Assembly: GCA_965285935.1 (NCBI GenBank)
Contig: OZ260664.1
Location: 41,726,001-41,790,000 of the forward strand
Direction of reading: 5' to 3'
DNA from: Ophelia neglecta
Taxonomy: Eukaryota
Length of the DNA: 64,000 nucleotides
The notes beneath the pieces were generated by a model. The model had not been told where the DNA came from. It did no database searches and worked only from the letters and a program-made list of their open reading frames with translations. Below are positions 26,684 to 39,400 of this stretch, in pieces; position 1 is the stretch's first letter; every line of letters begins with the position of its first letter. The position numbers and the translations under genes were made by a program.

Positions 26684-29600
26684 CTCTAATATTATCCATT
26701 GGAGCTCCATTCACTAGATTATCAGACAGTTCATCAAGAGACATCGATACTATAGTCCAAATGAATAACTCAAATGAACAGCAGGACTGACACCAAGATG
26801 ATTTCCTATAAATATCACTGCTGTGCGCTGAAGCCTGGACATACCTGCCTATCATTTGATAAATACCTCCAGGGCGTTATTAGAGTCACACGTGTGAGAA
26901 AAGCGGGCGAAAAAGGACTCATACGAGTAGCAGCTGTTTAAATTATTTCATTTACATACATCCAAACAAGTCCCCCTGAGAAAAAGATCCATTTTAATTA
27001 TTCAGCACCCTTATGGAGTTGAGTGTCATGGTGGCGGGAAGACGTTTATAGTCTTGTCAAACAGTAATTAGTCATGTCAGATGGGAGATTTAGAACAAGA
27101 TTTACACCATCTGATGGCAATAGATCTGAATCTCTGAAGCCTGAAATGCAATATACCACAATCAAATATTTTTATTCAACTGGGTTCTCATGGTTGTTGC
27201 TTTCCATCAGCAACAGGTTTTCTTGTCTGATTATGGTTTGATTGATTTGCTTTGCGGCCAATTATCGGCGACCTGTCAGAGAAGAAAGGCCGAGTTTCTG
27301 TGACACACGACATAACAGGGCGTGGTTGTGCGCATCCATCACTGCCTTTTTAACCCTGACATCCAGAGTCTGATCTTTGTCAAATCACATCGGCAGTCAC
27401 CGCTTGGCTGGAAAAAAGCATAATCATCATAAGAATCCAATTCTTTTCAGAATATGAGTTGAATTAAGCTGTTTGCAATTCCATTTTCACTGCTTCACAC
27501 CTATTGCCTGACAAGTGGATTTAGTTTTGGGCGGCGTGATGTTAAACATATGGACAAGGTGTCAAGTCTATAGTTCACACTTAATTCTACTCTGTTAAGC
27601 CACACAAAAAAGCTGACGCCGTTGTTGGGACGAGAATATCTTAGCAGGAGGCTAATGGATTTAGTGAGTTATTTCATTTCAGACCCCGAAGTCAATGGAC
27701 AGACGCTATCTTCCCAAACTCTCTCTGACATTCTGCTTTGATTTAAAAACAGATCCGTCGTTAAAAAAAAGTTTTCATGCTGAGTAGAGAGTTGTTTATT
27801 ACAATCAATATCTCAAGTTAGAATTTTTTTTAATTATAGGGTTGTTCACTTCCGCCATACAGACCATCACCAAAAAAAGTATTTTCTCCTAATCTTACTG
27901 AAAATTTGGCATGAAAATGACTTAAATAGGCCTCCATTCAGATAGGTCGTTAGATACGAAGGACGTATCAGTCCACGCATGGATTTATTTCGGATTACAA
28001 AGTCACGTGCCCTTGGTTTGAAATCATTTAACTTTTGTCGCAGGTGAGGTAATGAAATGTCACACCACCAACATTTAACTTACATGTTTGATATTGAGGA
28101 TTGTTCAATCTAATTGATTGTTGCATGAGGCCTAGTTTTTTCAGAGACAACCGGGCCTTTCAAGGTGGTGATCCGACCCCAATTGATGGTCAAGTCTGGG
28201 ACACTCATGACCCGTTGAGCACGCGTTCCTAGGGGCAGTGGCGTTTTCGTCGCACGTGTTCACGGACGCAGCTAAAATACGACTTGTTGAGTCTGGCTCA
28301 AATTTCAGTGGTTTTCCTTTCATGATAGCGTGGCGGGAAACCGACGGCCATTCGACAATTGGGCCGGGCACGCGGGACTATTTACTCTCACGGATTAAGA
28401 AGCGCGTTACCTGAAAATTGATCTCCCAGCCTCACAGGTGTATTTGAGAGCTCCTTGTCGTCTGCTCCGGTTGCCTTTAGATCAATCGGCGTTCACGGGA
28501 TTATTCCTGTGGCCCGATGATCTTGTCTCTCACCTGTCCCATATTAATTACTAATGAATTGTCAACACACTCTCGGCTGATATATTCTAAGCAAATATTT
28601 AAACCATGGGCATAATTATGATAATATTCAGAGAAGTTTATTAATTTTTTAGTCCTATTTCATCAAGTTTGTTTCTTACTTGACATAGATGAGAAGGATT
28701 TGCGTTTTAGGTCTATATCATTTAAATATAGGTATTAATAAATTCTAAGATATTAAGTTTCAAACAAATTTGTTTAATTTTGTCAAGCTATAATTTGTTC
28801 TTTCGGCCAACGAAACGTAAGCGTTGTTAAAATGTTTCATGAAAACCCTGTCAGAAAGCACTTTTGCACTTCAGCTGGGAGTTGCGTCAGAACTATTCTA
28901 TTGTTAAAGCATTAATCCCTTCTACATTTTTCATCTGATATCAATGTATCACCTATAGGCCTAGGCCTAGATAACGTTAATATATATGGAATTTTAATGA
29001 AAATATGCAAGTAGGCTGCTATTGCAAACTTTGTCCTGACACTGTCTGAAGGATTGTTTTCGTGTTCTTACATATTTCATTGGTTGATTTAAGGGTTGTA
29101 GACCACAATAAATGGATTTTGCGGTAAGACCCATCAAATAAAAGAAACGAGAGACATGTATAAGCACCAAATCAGAGGGCTCTATCGAATGTTTTCATTC
29201 GACGGGAATAATTATAGCAGCATGCACTTAAAAGTTCCTTCTTCAATGATTGATGACAGTTGACTGTACATGCTTCGTGGGGGGATGGGGGGAGGAGGGG
29301 TGGGGGCAAAGGTGGTAATGACACAATACATTAAGTTGACTTTAAATTGGTTCACGCAATACAATTAATTACCCACGTGAAGTTTTTAATTAGCGTCATA
29401 CTCAGGGAAAAAAAATGAACAAATATTAACTACTGACAATATTAAAAGAAGCTATATGATTGCGAAAAGAACCGGTTTGTATCTTGTAGGTGAGATGAGG
29501 AGCAGATGCCGATTGGCACATAGCCTGTCTCGCTTTCCTGTTACGTTTACCTACTTTTCTTCTTCTTGCAAACAAGTTCAATTATGGGTACATAAACTTT

Positions 29601-30850
29601 CTTTGTGAAATATAATAATAAAAGTAGGTTGAGTGCCGTAGTATATTTATTTTATATGACTGTTGGATACCGGAAAGTTGAAATCCTAGGAAAACCAGCT
29701 TATGGCCTAAGACACAATCATGCCTATTGTTATTAACAAATAAAGTACGTACTTTTTCGTTAGGACAAAGAAGGTTTATAATGCACGAGAGGGCGAATTT
29801 AAATACTGTAACTACATTAAGCCGCATATTGGCCAGTTGTTTTTTCTTTCTCCTGGTGGTTGATTTTTAAGAAAGAAAGTATATGCCTCATTTGAATTCA
29901 CTTGCAGACAGTTTTTATTAATGCACGCATGCTTGTTTATTAACAAGAGTGCCCGACTATAGTTATTTCACTTACAGCTGTTCACTTAATAACCGTTGGA
30001 CACCTATAACATACACGAGTTATTTGTATCTCTCCATGAGGTCAGCCTTGCCTCATCCTCCATTAGTCGTTATAACAGTTTGGGGATTCTTCTCATTTTG
30101 GAGTAGGCTTTAACATGAGTCACAAAGTACTGTAATAATACATAGATAACACCGACTGTTTTTAACAGGTATTTACTACGCCTATTTTCCCATTGAAATG
30201 TTTTTTCCTAATATATTAGAAGCTGATTTTTTTTCTCTCCCATGGCCTGGAGCAGGGAATATCTACAGGTGCTGGCTATATATTTCACGCTGGAGAAGAT
30301 GGAAATAAAGAGAACCAAGACAAGTAAAGAGATGCACTGCCGTGTTTAGTAACAAAATGACTAGGCAAACAAAATGGCTTTTAACTACTTGTTGCGTTTA
30401 CATAATGAATCCATATGCCACCGAACGGTGGGGTGAGGATGTCAGATCGAGACGAAATGGAAATCTGCCTCAAGCACAAAAGGGGCGAAGAAGTTGTCAG
30501 GCCCGAATCAAGGCTGTAAGTAAACACCAACTGAAAGCGGCAATCTCTTTTTTCCACGCACTGGAGCATATAAACACCCTCCTTAAAGACACACAACCCC
30601 ATACATGACTTGCAACTAACGTTAGGCCCCCTTTACCTGTTTGTAAGTTAATTATATAGCGTTATACCTGTGATTACTGTTTTTATTGGCACCTTAAGCA
30701 GTGAAGGTTTAAACACATCATAGCTTACATGACCAGCAATGCTTTAACTGGTATCTTTTACAGCCCTCGACTTCGACCCCGTAATTCATGGATAATTTTT
30801 ATTGCCGATTTAAATAAAAGTAACCGCGTTTTTCTTTACACGTAGATGGA

Positions 30851-30856
30851 TTTATT
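30851..30856 (-). terminator. Candidate polyadenylation signal AATAAA for PRDM13 (3' UTR about 390 nt)
   Basis: Minus-strand AATAAA preceded by TGTAAATA, about 385 nt after the stop codon; alternative AATAAA copies lie near 30800 and 30683. Confidence 0.5.
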
Positions 30857-31239
30857 TAAGAAATATTTACAGGCACATTGAAAGAAATGCATTAACAATC
30901 CTTTTTTGACACTATGCTGTAATGTTATATTGTCGTCCTACAATAATATAGGCATATATGTTCAACAAACCAAACTAGACACATTGTATTGCTGCAGGAA
31001 TATTCTGCAAGAAGGCACATCGCGATACTCACAGAAACAAACATATACAATAAAGCATAGCTTAAATCTACAAACTACCTCAACATTTGGACAAATAATT
31101 TACTATTCAAGGCTTAAGCACATCATACAATTTCCTAACATGGGTGTCACAGATAAATCAGGTTACTCGATCAATGTCATATCATCAGCTGATTTTGTAA
31201 GTACTATATGGTGTCGTATTTCTATTATAAGTTGTTTAT

Positions 31240-32555
31240 TTATTCAACATCAATGTCTTCCTCGTCTGCCAGTTCCGAGTTAGAGTCTGAGTGACACTCG
31301 TCCTCATACGAGCCCGCCCTCTCGTACAAGCCTGCCTGTTCTAGATATTCGGACTTTTCGCAGGTGTCGGATTTCTCGCACGAGTCGAACTTCTCGTACG
31401 AATCGGACTTTTCGCTTCCACAGTCTTCTCGATCTAACTCTGTGTCCTCCTGGGGGCTAGTAGACTCCGGGGTCTCTAGTTTCAGTTTGTCCGCAAAATT
31501 AGGATGGCGAGATTTGATGTGTCGCTCGAGATCGCGTCTGCGCACAAGCACCTTTCCACAGTATTCGCATCGATAGGGGGTTTCTCCTTCCGCGTGTAGT
31601 CTGATGTGTTTATTAAGATTGCTGGGATCCCCAAAAGGCCGATGGCACACCTTACATTTCAGGGGCTTATAGCCCGTGTGAGTTCTCAAATGGATTTTCA
31701 GTCCGTATTTACGCGAGTACAATTTTCCGCAGTAGATGCACAAGTGTCCTTTCCTAGATTTGCTGGTATAGAGGGAGCGCGGTAGTAAATCTAACGGTTC
31801 TCCGGCGTTCTCACTAGGCAGAGGGAACCCCATCGGAGATATCTGCACGGGGGAGAACTGGTCCTTGGCTCCGGCTTGGGCTGTTGATGGTGGGTCCTTC
31901 GGAGAATGTGTAGGTGGTAAGAGAGGGCTTTGCGGTGGTATAGGGTTCAGCCCGGGAGAGGCTAGCGGAAACATGTACCCATTTGGGAGGAGGGAGGGTG
32001 CCTGGCTACAGCAATATGGCGCCTGTGGGTAGAGTTGTGCGTAGAAAGGATGATACGGGTAGTAGCGGAGGGCCACTGCAGGATCTAGAGCTCCGGTACT
32101 CCCTGGCAACTGTCCATTGAGACAGAAGGTGGGGAAACTGGTCATTGGGTGAGGGAGGGCGCCGATCAGTGGTGACGTGCGCTGTGTATCAGGTTGTTTA
32201 TGTTCCTCCTTCTTCCCCGTGTCTCTGATGAGCCGAGAAGCAGGCACAGCCACACCTCTCTCCTCAGGGAGTTTCTTGTCGCTGCCACCGTGTCTAGACA
32301 TTGGGCTGAAGGCTGAACTTAGAGCGCCGCTGCTCAGCGATAGGGAAGCTGCAGATTTTTCACGGTCAGCAAACAGTTTTTTGGCCATTGGGTGTTTATA
32401 GTAGTGTTCTAGAAGCCGTGGATCGGACGCTCCGTTCATCATACTGGGCGGAAGCAGGGCGGTTGACATGGGACATCGGAAGCGTATGTGGGCCTTTAAC
32501 ATGTTAGGGTATTTGTACGTCTTCAAACACCGGGAACATGTATACTGTTGATCTC
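31240..32555 (-). CDS. PRDM13: PRDM13 coding exon 3 (ZF1, Pro/Tyr-rich linker, ZF2-4, acidic tail)
   Basis: Acceptor ttttttgcag| at 32556 completes GGA (Gly) in phase 1; corresponds to the 444-aa ORF 31240..32574; TAA stop. Confidence 0.96.
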
Positions 32556-35500
32556 CTGCAAAAAAATAAGACATTTTTATTATTCATAAATAAAATGACT
32601 CGTTACACTCTGGCTGGTAGCATGGCCCGAGGAGGTACTCTCTGGGATTGTGAACAATTCTGATAAAACTATTCTCGTGATCGACATCAGTAAAAAGTGG
32701 GTAACACAACTAATAATTATCAACTGATCAAGTGCAGGCGTGGTATAGTTTCAGAAGTATGCACGCTTTATTGAATTGCTTTTGGGACTATCTTCAGAAT
32801 TCATTTGACATTATTCTTTAATTTTGACTTGATTAGGTCGCGTCTAGTCGCCTATAGACGCTTTCACGGTGGCTTCATTGACTGTCATGAGGTAACACGA
32901 TGAGGGAAACAGAAACCGACGTGTTTGGGTCTGACAAATATTTTAGGACTTGTCATGATAATTCCCATTTACTTTAATAAGAGTGAAGAGCATGAGACTT
33001 TGGAGCAACCCTCGAGGGCAGTTTGTCTGGACTACCAGCCTTTCAACTAATGATCCCAGTTTATACGGATTTGACAGTGCTGTTTACACACCTCGCAGGC
33101 GGGAGTGGTGTCCCATACCTGTCTTCATTAGAAAGTAATCTACCCTCAGTAGCTGAGCTCTTGACAACATTGGACCTGGCCAGTGTCAAGAGGCGAGTGT
33201 TTACAGTCAGCCCCTTCAATGTAACTGCCCTCTCTGTTTACACCTCAAAGTTGTCATATTTGAAGTGCCACAAATCACCAGTCTCTCTGCTGAATGCTAT
33301 TACTCTGTCAATTGTAGCTATTATTCGAGTTGACTGGTCGTAAATAACAACATCACTAATGATCACTGCTCGCTTTACCTTTCCGGCGAGAATTCATTTC
33401 AGACACATGTGAATGATCATTTCAACCAGTGGTTTACTTTTCTCACATTTACGCTAGGTGGATAGACCTATTTGGGGTCTTAGAGTAAACAGAAGCCACC
33501 CCTCAGGCGTACGGTCAGTTGCGAACTAAAATCTAATATAGACCTACTGACAGCATACGACGTCTGAAAGGGTTGGAGTCAAGTTATTTTGAAGCCCAGT
33601 AAATCATAATCATTATAACTATATGCAGTGTCGATCCGGACGGAACCAAACGTTAACCAAAACAACTTTCAGACACTCCTTAACGTTCAAATGCATTTTC
33701 AATTCAATAGTTTATTAAGGCATTGTGCTCTATACAAAATACGTTGCCTACATTGGCCGATCAGAAAAAAAATGCATTGGAAATTCCCGCGCCACAGTGT
33801 GAACGATCTTCTTGGGGCTGCAACGCCACCCATAATCTTATTTCATGCCTTCTAGCATATATTCCATTAAAACTATAGGGCCTAACATAGTCGGACACTT
33901 TTTAGGATTAACATAAATTAGGCCTTAGATTAATCTCTCACGTTATTATGCACGGGGTGGGCGGGGTGGGGGGTTCGGCTGGGGAGAGAAAAATCATCGC
34001 CTTACCTCTAATATTAGCCGGACTGAGAATAGGAATACCACATTCTCTGGCCAGCTCGTCCCCGTACCAGACCAGTAGTTCCTCCCCCTTGCTGATGTCC
34101 CGTAAGGTGCGCACGTAGACCAGACCCCTCCGGGGGTCTCTCACTGCCTCCAGATTCTGCTCGTGACGATCTCGGGCCGGACGCAAGTACCCCAGCCAGC
34201 TGGGGAACGCGCCCGCCGAGAACTCACATTCAGACACCAACGTGCCGTCTTTGAAGAGTACCTACAAATAAAACATCACTATATGAAATAACTTTTTTCA
34301 TGAGGCTCTAACGCTATTAATTGAGACAGAAACAACCATATAGATAGGCGATAAGCGACAGTAAGGAGTGCGAGCAATGAACCTTGATTTATAGCAAAGA
34401 TTTCACAATTTTCTTAAGAGTAAAAAACGATTCAATAGCAAAATTCAAACTTTAAGTATTACAATATTCATATAATTACATTTTTATAGCTGACCGACAG
34501 AATTTAGACTGGATTAGATTAGATTTTGCTTAAAGGTCATTAGAGAAAGTTTGTTGTAAAATTTACGTAGCGGGTATTAACGAGATAAAAAGATGAAACC
34601 TGCACTAGCTTTACATATTTATACTGATGCACTTGTACCTTGTGGATAAAACCGATTTCAATATAAGAATCAGACTCTTATCGCTGGTGAATAATTTCGC
34701 TGTGTCGCTCACCTTTTCGAACTTTTCATTTCTATAACCCAAACTAAATATTTGCCCATGTTACTGTTTAAATTAAGCGCCGCCGATAGGTGTTAATGGG
34801 GCTCACTCAAAGAAAAGATCATGATTTCCATATCCTACATCTTGTTTTCTCTTATTTGCCGATTAACTTTCAACAAAGATGCTGGGCTTTTAATAAAGGT
34901 GGGTCGGGAGTTGGTATTTGCCCTGTACACAGACGATATTTCCGTTACACTGCAGAGAAGGCAGCCGACATTGTGCCAGTCAGCGGGGTGCAGGTGGTAT
35001 CTGCCGCGGACTGGCCTGGCAAGCCTGAAAATGACCCCACCTTACGGAGGGTCCTGCAGCAAGTTTGCAGAGTGCCGGGGACATGTTATGCCTATAGGCT
35101 ATAGACGTAAGAAAATAATTTGAAGGCAATTTAATGATTTATGGATAATTCCTTTATAATGGCTTTTCTTTAAGATTTATTTAGATTGATGTTTTATTTA
35201 GAAATGAGTATTTTATCGCGGTCTAATATCGAAATGTACGAACAAATAGTCTACCTGAGCTCGAATGACGGGATGGCGCATTAAACCACAGACATGAGTT
35301 ATCTGATTCTGCGGGCACACAGAAACTAACGATTGATTACTGAAAGCTGACATTTAAATCAGATAGGTCTTGATTTATTCTGGTAGTTCTATATAGAAAC
35401 ACTATAAACATGACCCGCGGCCACTCTTTTTTTGAAAGAAATAAACTTGATGCGTGCCTGACAAGAGTATTTGAACGTTGAAAACAAGAAGAAGGTGATG

Positions 35501-35777
35501 TCAATAGGCCTATGGTATGAGCGACGTCCCCCGTTCCCTCTATTTCAAGACTTGGAGAAAATAAATAAGAGTATCAATAATCTAGACTTACCTCGATGTA
35601 GTTTTTGGGTGAGGCCCTGCCTTCCTCGAGGTCGTCGAGACTTAGTTGGAACTCCCCCGGGAAGGGTCCGGCGGTGACTAGGCCTGGTAGGGGCGCACAG
35701 GCCCGGGCACTCACCCTGCGGTGTCGCTGGGATGGCATGGGTACAACCAACTCTGTCCTTGGTCTTGCCAGCATCAT
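31240..35777 (-). CDS. PRDM13: PR domain zinc finger protein 13 (PRDM13), three coding exons join(35777..35592,34261..34006,32555..31240), 585 aa
   Basis: Exon lengths 186+256+1316=1758 nt stay in frame with canonical GT-AG junctions (phases 0 and 1). PR/SET motifs GPFPGEF, WLGYLRPAR..EQNLEA and LRDISKGEELLVWYG are present. ZF1 is YTCSRCLKTYKYPNMLKAHIRFRC. The C-terminal triple C2H2 block HLCIYCGKLYSRKYGLKIHLRTHTGYKPLKCKVCHRPFGDPSNLNKHIRLHAEGETPYRCEYCGKVLVRRRDLERHIKSRHP is nearly identical to vertebrate PRDM13 as I recall it. Confidence 0.95.
34006..34261 (-). CDS. PRDM13: PRDM13 coding exon 2 (core PR/SET domain, VLFKDG...PANIR-G)
   Basis: Acceptor tatttgtag| at 34262; donor AGAG|GTAAGG at 34005; 256 nt; PR motifs EQNLEAV and GEELLVWYG. 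Confidence 0.93.
35592..35777 (-). CDS. PRDM13: PRDM13 coding exon 1 (MMLARPR...PKNYIE, N-terminal part of PR domain)
   Basis: ATG ATG at 35777/35774; VSARACAPLPGLVTAGPFPGEFQL resembles the PRDM13 N-terminus; donor GAG|GTAAGT at 35591; phase 0. Confidence 0.85.
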
Positions 35778-36149
35778 CCTCTCAGAGTAACACGTCCAAT
35801 ATAATTCAATCCTCACGGGCCATGCGTGAACTGATTAATGAATTAGGAAATCATCCAGGTAGTCAAGAAGTCCTTTTTTATATGATGATAACAAGAAAGA
35901 ACCGTTCCTATATTAAGTCTCTCCTTCAAAGTTTCCGTAAGTGCACAAAAATCCTGGAAATAAAAATCCCCTTCTGTTTTTAGATCTTGGGGGTTTGGGA
36001 TGAACGTTCCGAGGAAGTCAATTGGGAATGACAGAGTCACTCGGTCTGCTGAGCGGTAAAGAAACGTCGACTAAATGAAGTTATCGTCAACAGTGGCGGA
36101 GAATGGTTGATGTCTCTTTTAAACAGTCCTCTTCACGAACCATTGCTCA

Positions 36150-36450
36150 TGAGAAAAGCAGCTAGGTGCAACAGCTGCAGAGCGGGGCCATCGCAGGCAG
36201 CGCAACAAAACACGTTGGAAAGTGCAGTTCTATTATGTTTTTCTGTTTGCTGTGAGAGTGGTTCCCTCCTATTGGTTCAAGTCGCGACTGCGCATTCTCG
36301 TTGCTCCGCCTTGTCAGGCCACGCAAATAGAAACTTCATCAGAGGCTTCTGAAAACATATAATGAGTGACACAAGTCAAGATGACCAAATAAGTTGATGT
36401 GAATAAAATCAAATCATGAAAACCATTCGTGGGAAAATGCCAACTGATAG
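36150..36450 (-). promoter_or_regulatory. Candidate PRDM13 proximal promoter
   Basis: Locally GC-richer segment 400-650 bp upstream of the ATG with a CCAAT box (plus-strand ATTGG about 36271), a GC-box-like CTCCGCC (about 36304), E-box CAGCTG (about 36173) and RBPJ/Su(H) site CGTGGGAA (36428). The TSS is not determinable. Confidence 0.45.
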
Positions 36451-39400
36451 TAAATGGACTTGTAAGCTCATTTCTTATGGCGGTAATGGTAATTAAACAG
36501 CAAGACGTGCGAACATACTGTGTCTGGCGGTAAGAAGAAAGCCCAAGCGCTGGCCCTGAACCTCCGAAGTCTAGAAAACAAGCATCTCTTCTTAGTTTTT
36601 AAGTTACCTTCAACTCTGATATTTGAAGGGCCATTCGAAGGCAGACGAATTACAGCAATCTATTACGTCTTTTAACGTGCAAATTGCATTATTGACTACA
36701 TCAGAATCTACCAGAAATTATGCCCGAATAATGATACAATCAAAGTATCGTAAAGCAGTCATACCTCTCCGGCACTCTTTTATTTTTATGCTCTACAGGT
36801 GTCCTATTCGACGACATCAAGTGCAATATTAGGTGTGAAATGAAGAGAATAGTCGAATTTGATTATTTTTCTTAGATCTTCTCCATTTTTCTTTAATACA
36901 TACTTGTCAAGCACTTACTATATCAAGTTAAAATCATTGAGGACGTTATTGATGATCTCTCAAGACACTGCCTAGGTCTTAACCCACAAAACTAGACCAT
37001 CATTGAGAAGGAAAAAAAACCTGAAGGCCTGGGCTGTTTGATGAAATAAGGGACTCGTTTACACCTGTCGTCTGGTTTATATTCTATATAATCCAGTGCT
37101 TTGACGATGCTGAATTAAACATGTGCTTAGAGACAGTATGTACCAGCTGACACAGAAATTATTTACCACTTTCGCCCTCTCGAAAAATATTGAACATCAA
37201 TAATATGTATGCCATCAAAGCTAGCACCATATATCCACCATTGAGTTTCTTTTAAGTAATTCTACTTGTAAAGGCCTAGAAATGAAATAATCCACATTTT
37301 ACATGATAAGTTCGACTCCCGAGGGAGATAACATCAAACGCAAATATCCTTTCATGCCTCCACCACCCATAGCTTTCATATACTAGTGCCATTTAAGGTG
37401 CGAAAATTTCATAAGTTAATAAATTCCTTTTACCTAATGCCTCTTGCGCACGAGAAGTGGACATCGGGGATTGATGAATGGAGTGAGAACAATAGGCGCA
37501 CATTCTTATGGTAATTGTTTCTCTGTGAGACGCAATGGGTTCGCGAGTGAGACACTAGCTGCTGGAACCTGCTATAAGCGTTGGTTACCGGCATAAAGCC
37601 GCCTGCTGATCTATTGTATCGAGCTATGTCAGGGGCCTTTCGGCAGACGTGTAATGTACGTCTGGCCTGTAGCGATAGCTTTAGGCCTAACCACGAATTC
37701 TCCTAAAAGGCAGTCGCTAGGAGAACGATCCTCGTTCTTATGACAATATATATTTAACACCAACCGATATTGAAATCTGAGACCTATATTCATAAGTGAT
37801 GTTTAAATAATAAAATACCCATTAAGGCAAGTATGACACTGAAAGGTACAAAACCAATATTAAAAATATATAGACTGTATGTAACGTTGTATAATTAAGC
37901 TTGAATAACCAGAGAATGTTTCTGTCTTGTATTAAGTAACAGTATAGGCCCATATGTACGGTGGAATGGGTGGCAGTTTGACTGGAGAACCAGGAATTTG
38001 TATTTTTACAAGTGGACCCTAACCAATATGGGTCATCTTTGCCTGGACTCAGTCATATGATTTTCTTTCGGGTATAGATCTAGAATGATCTTCTCCTGAT
38101 TCCGTATGGCTTGCACACCGGTTCTCTGCAGTTGTTATTTCGTGGTATTTATTGTATTTTCATGCCGGCCACATGTCTGTATCGATCAGTTGGAAAACGA
38201 AAGAGTGTTATTGCAAGCAGACGATTGATTGTCCGGTGTGACCACTAGGGTCGGCAAGTGTTTCGGCAGGGCTCGGGCTGGCTCGGCAGGTCCCTGTCCG
38301 CCTCCAGTCACTACCACTACAAGGCTCCGAGCAGCCCGTCCAGTCTCCGCAAACAGGCCCGCAATCTCTGTCAACACCCTCATCGATCCCCCCCTGAATT
38401 TCAAAAGTCATTATCGATTTTTAAAGGACGACATGTGCGGCCCACGTGCTATTCTTTTCACGATTCCCCGATCTAAGTAAACACAAGTCAACCAGTGTAA
38501 TATTGGAGATTCAACAGATGAAACCGCAAATACAGCCTTCTCAGCCACCCTGCAGCTTTCCCCTAGGCGAATTTAGCTATTGTACTTTGGTTTACCTATC
38601 AAATGTGCCTTAAACAGGATCATTAAATTGAAATCACTTCGGGTTTTGTTCCTATAAACTCCATTGTAGGTAAAGTGTCAATTTTAATAAAAGGGAACAT
38701 TTCGGATACCACTAACATTTAACTCATCTGCTCCGGTGTAATCTAGCGGCGCTTTGGTGACAAAACTGATGAATTGGTCAAACAAACTTCTCGATCCTAG
38801 CTCATTATATGAAAATCGGTATTGGGAATTGTGATAAGCGTATTGTTCAAGCACTTAAATTGATCGATTGCTCGAGCAGTGTTTGCCTACCGTTCAACAG
38901 GTGCAGACGGGATAGTGTTCACCCCCCAGCTTCCGACCGTTCATGCTATACGCTGTCTCAGTGTTAGTCCATACCTCTTACCTACATCGGTCACATTCAC
39001 AGCTTATAGACCATTAAAATGTACTAATAGGCCTATATCTAAGTCTCTAGAAGTAAATCGCAGCGTTAAAGTAAATCTAAATCATATATTAGTATATAAA
39101 CCTACCATAGATCTCATGAAAGCGTGGAGGCTGAATCAAACGCAATTCTGCTCCAATATGGATCAAATGAAGGCATCAAGGTTCATGTAACAGGCAACGC
39201 CACGGTTCTTGTGTATAATTATAATGCTCACTTCAAACACCTCTGCTTACGCACATATATATGCATGGGAGTTGTTTGTGTATGCATTTTAAACATTAAC
39301 TATTTATCAAGCGTGTGTGGCAGACATGGTTCCCTTATAGCATTCATGAGAACCCAACCAGGGACCTTGAAATAAAGATATACCTTTTCACCAAAGAAAA

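Noticed and set aside
30906-32401. Plus-strand ORFs overlapping PRDM13 exon 3 and its 3' UTR
   Set aside because: Antisense shadows of the real CDS or chance ORFs.
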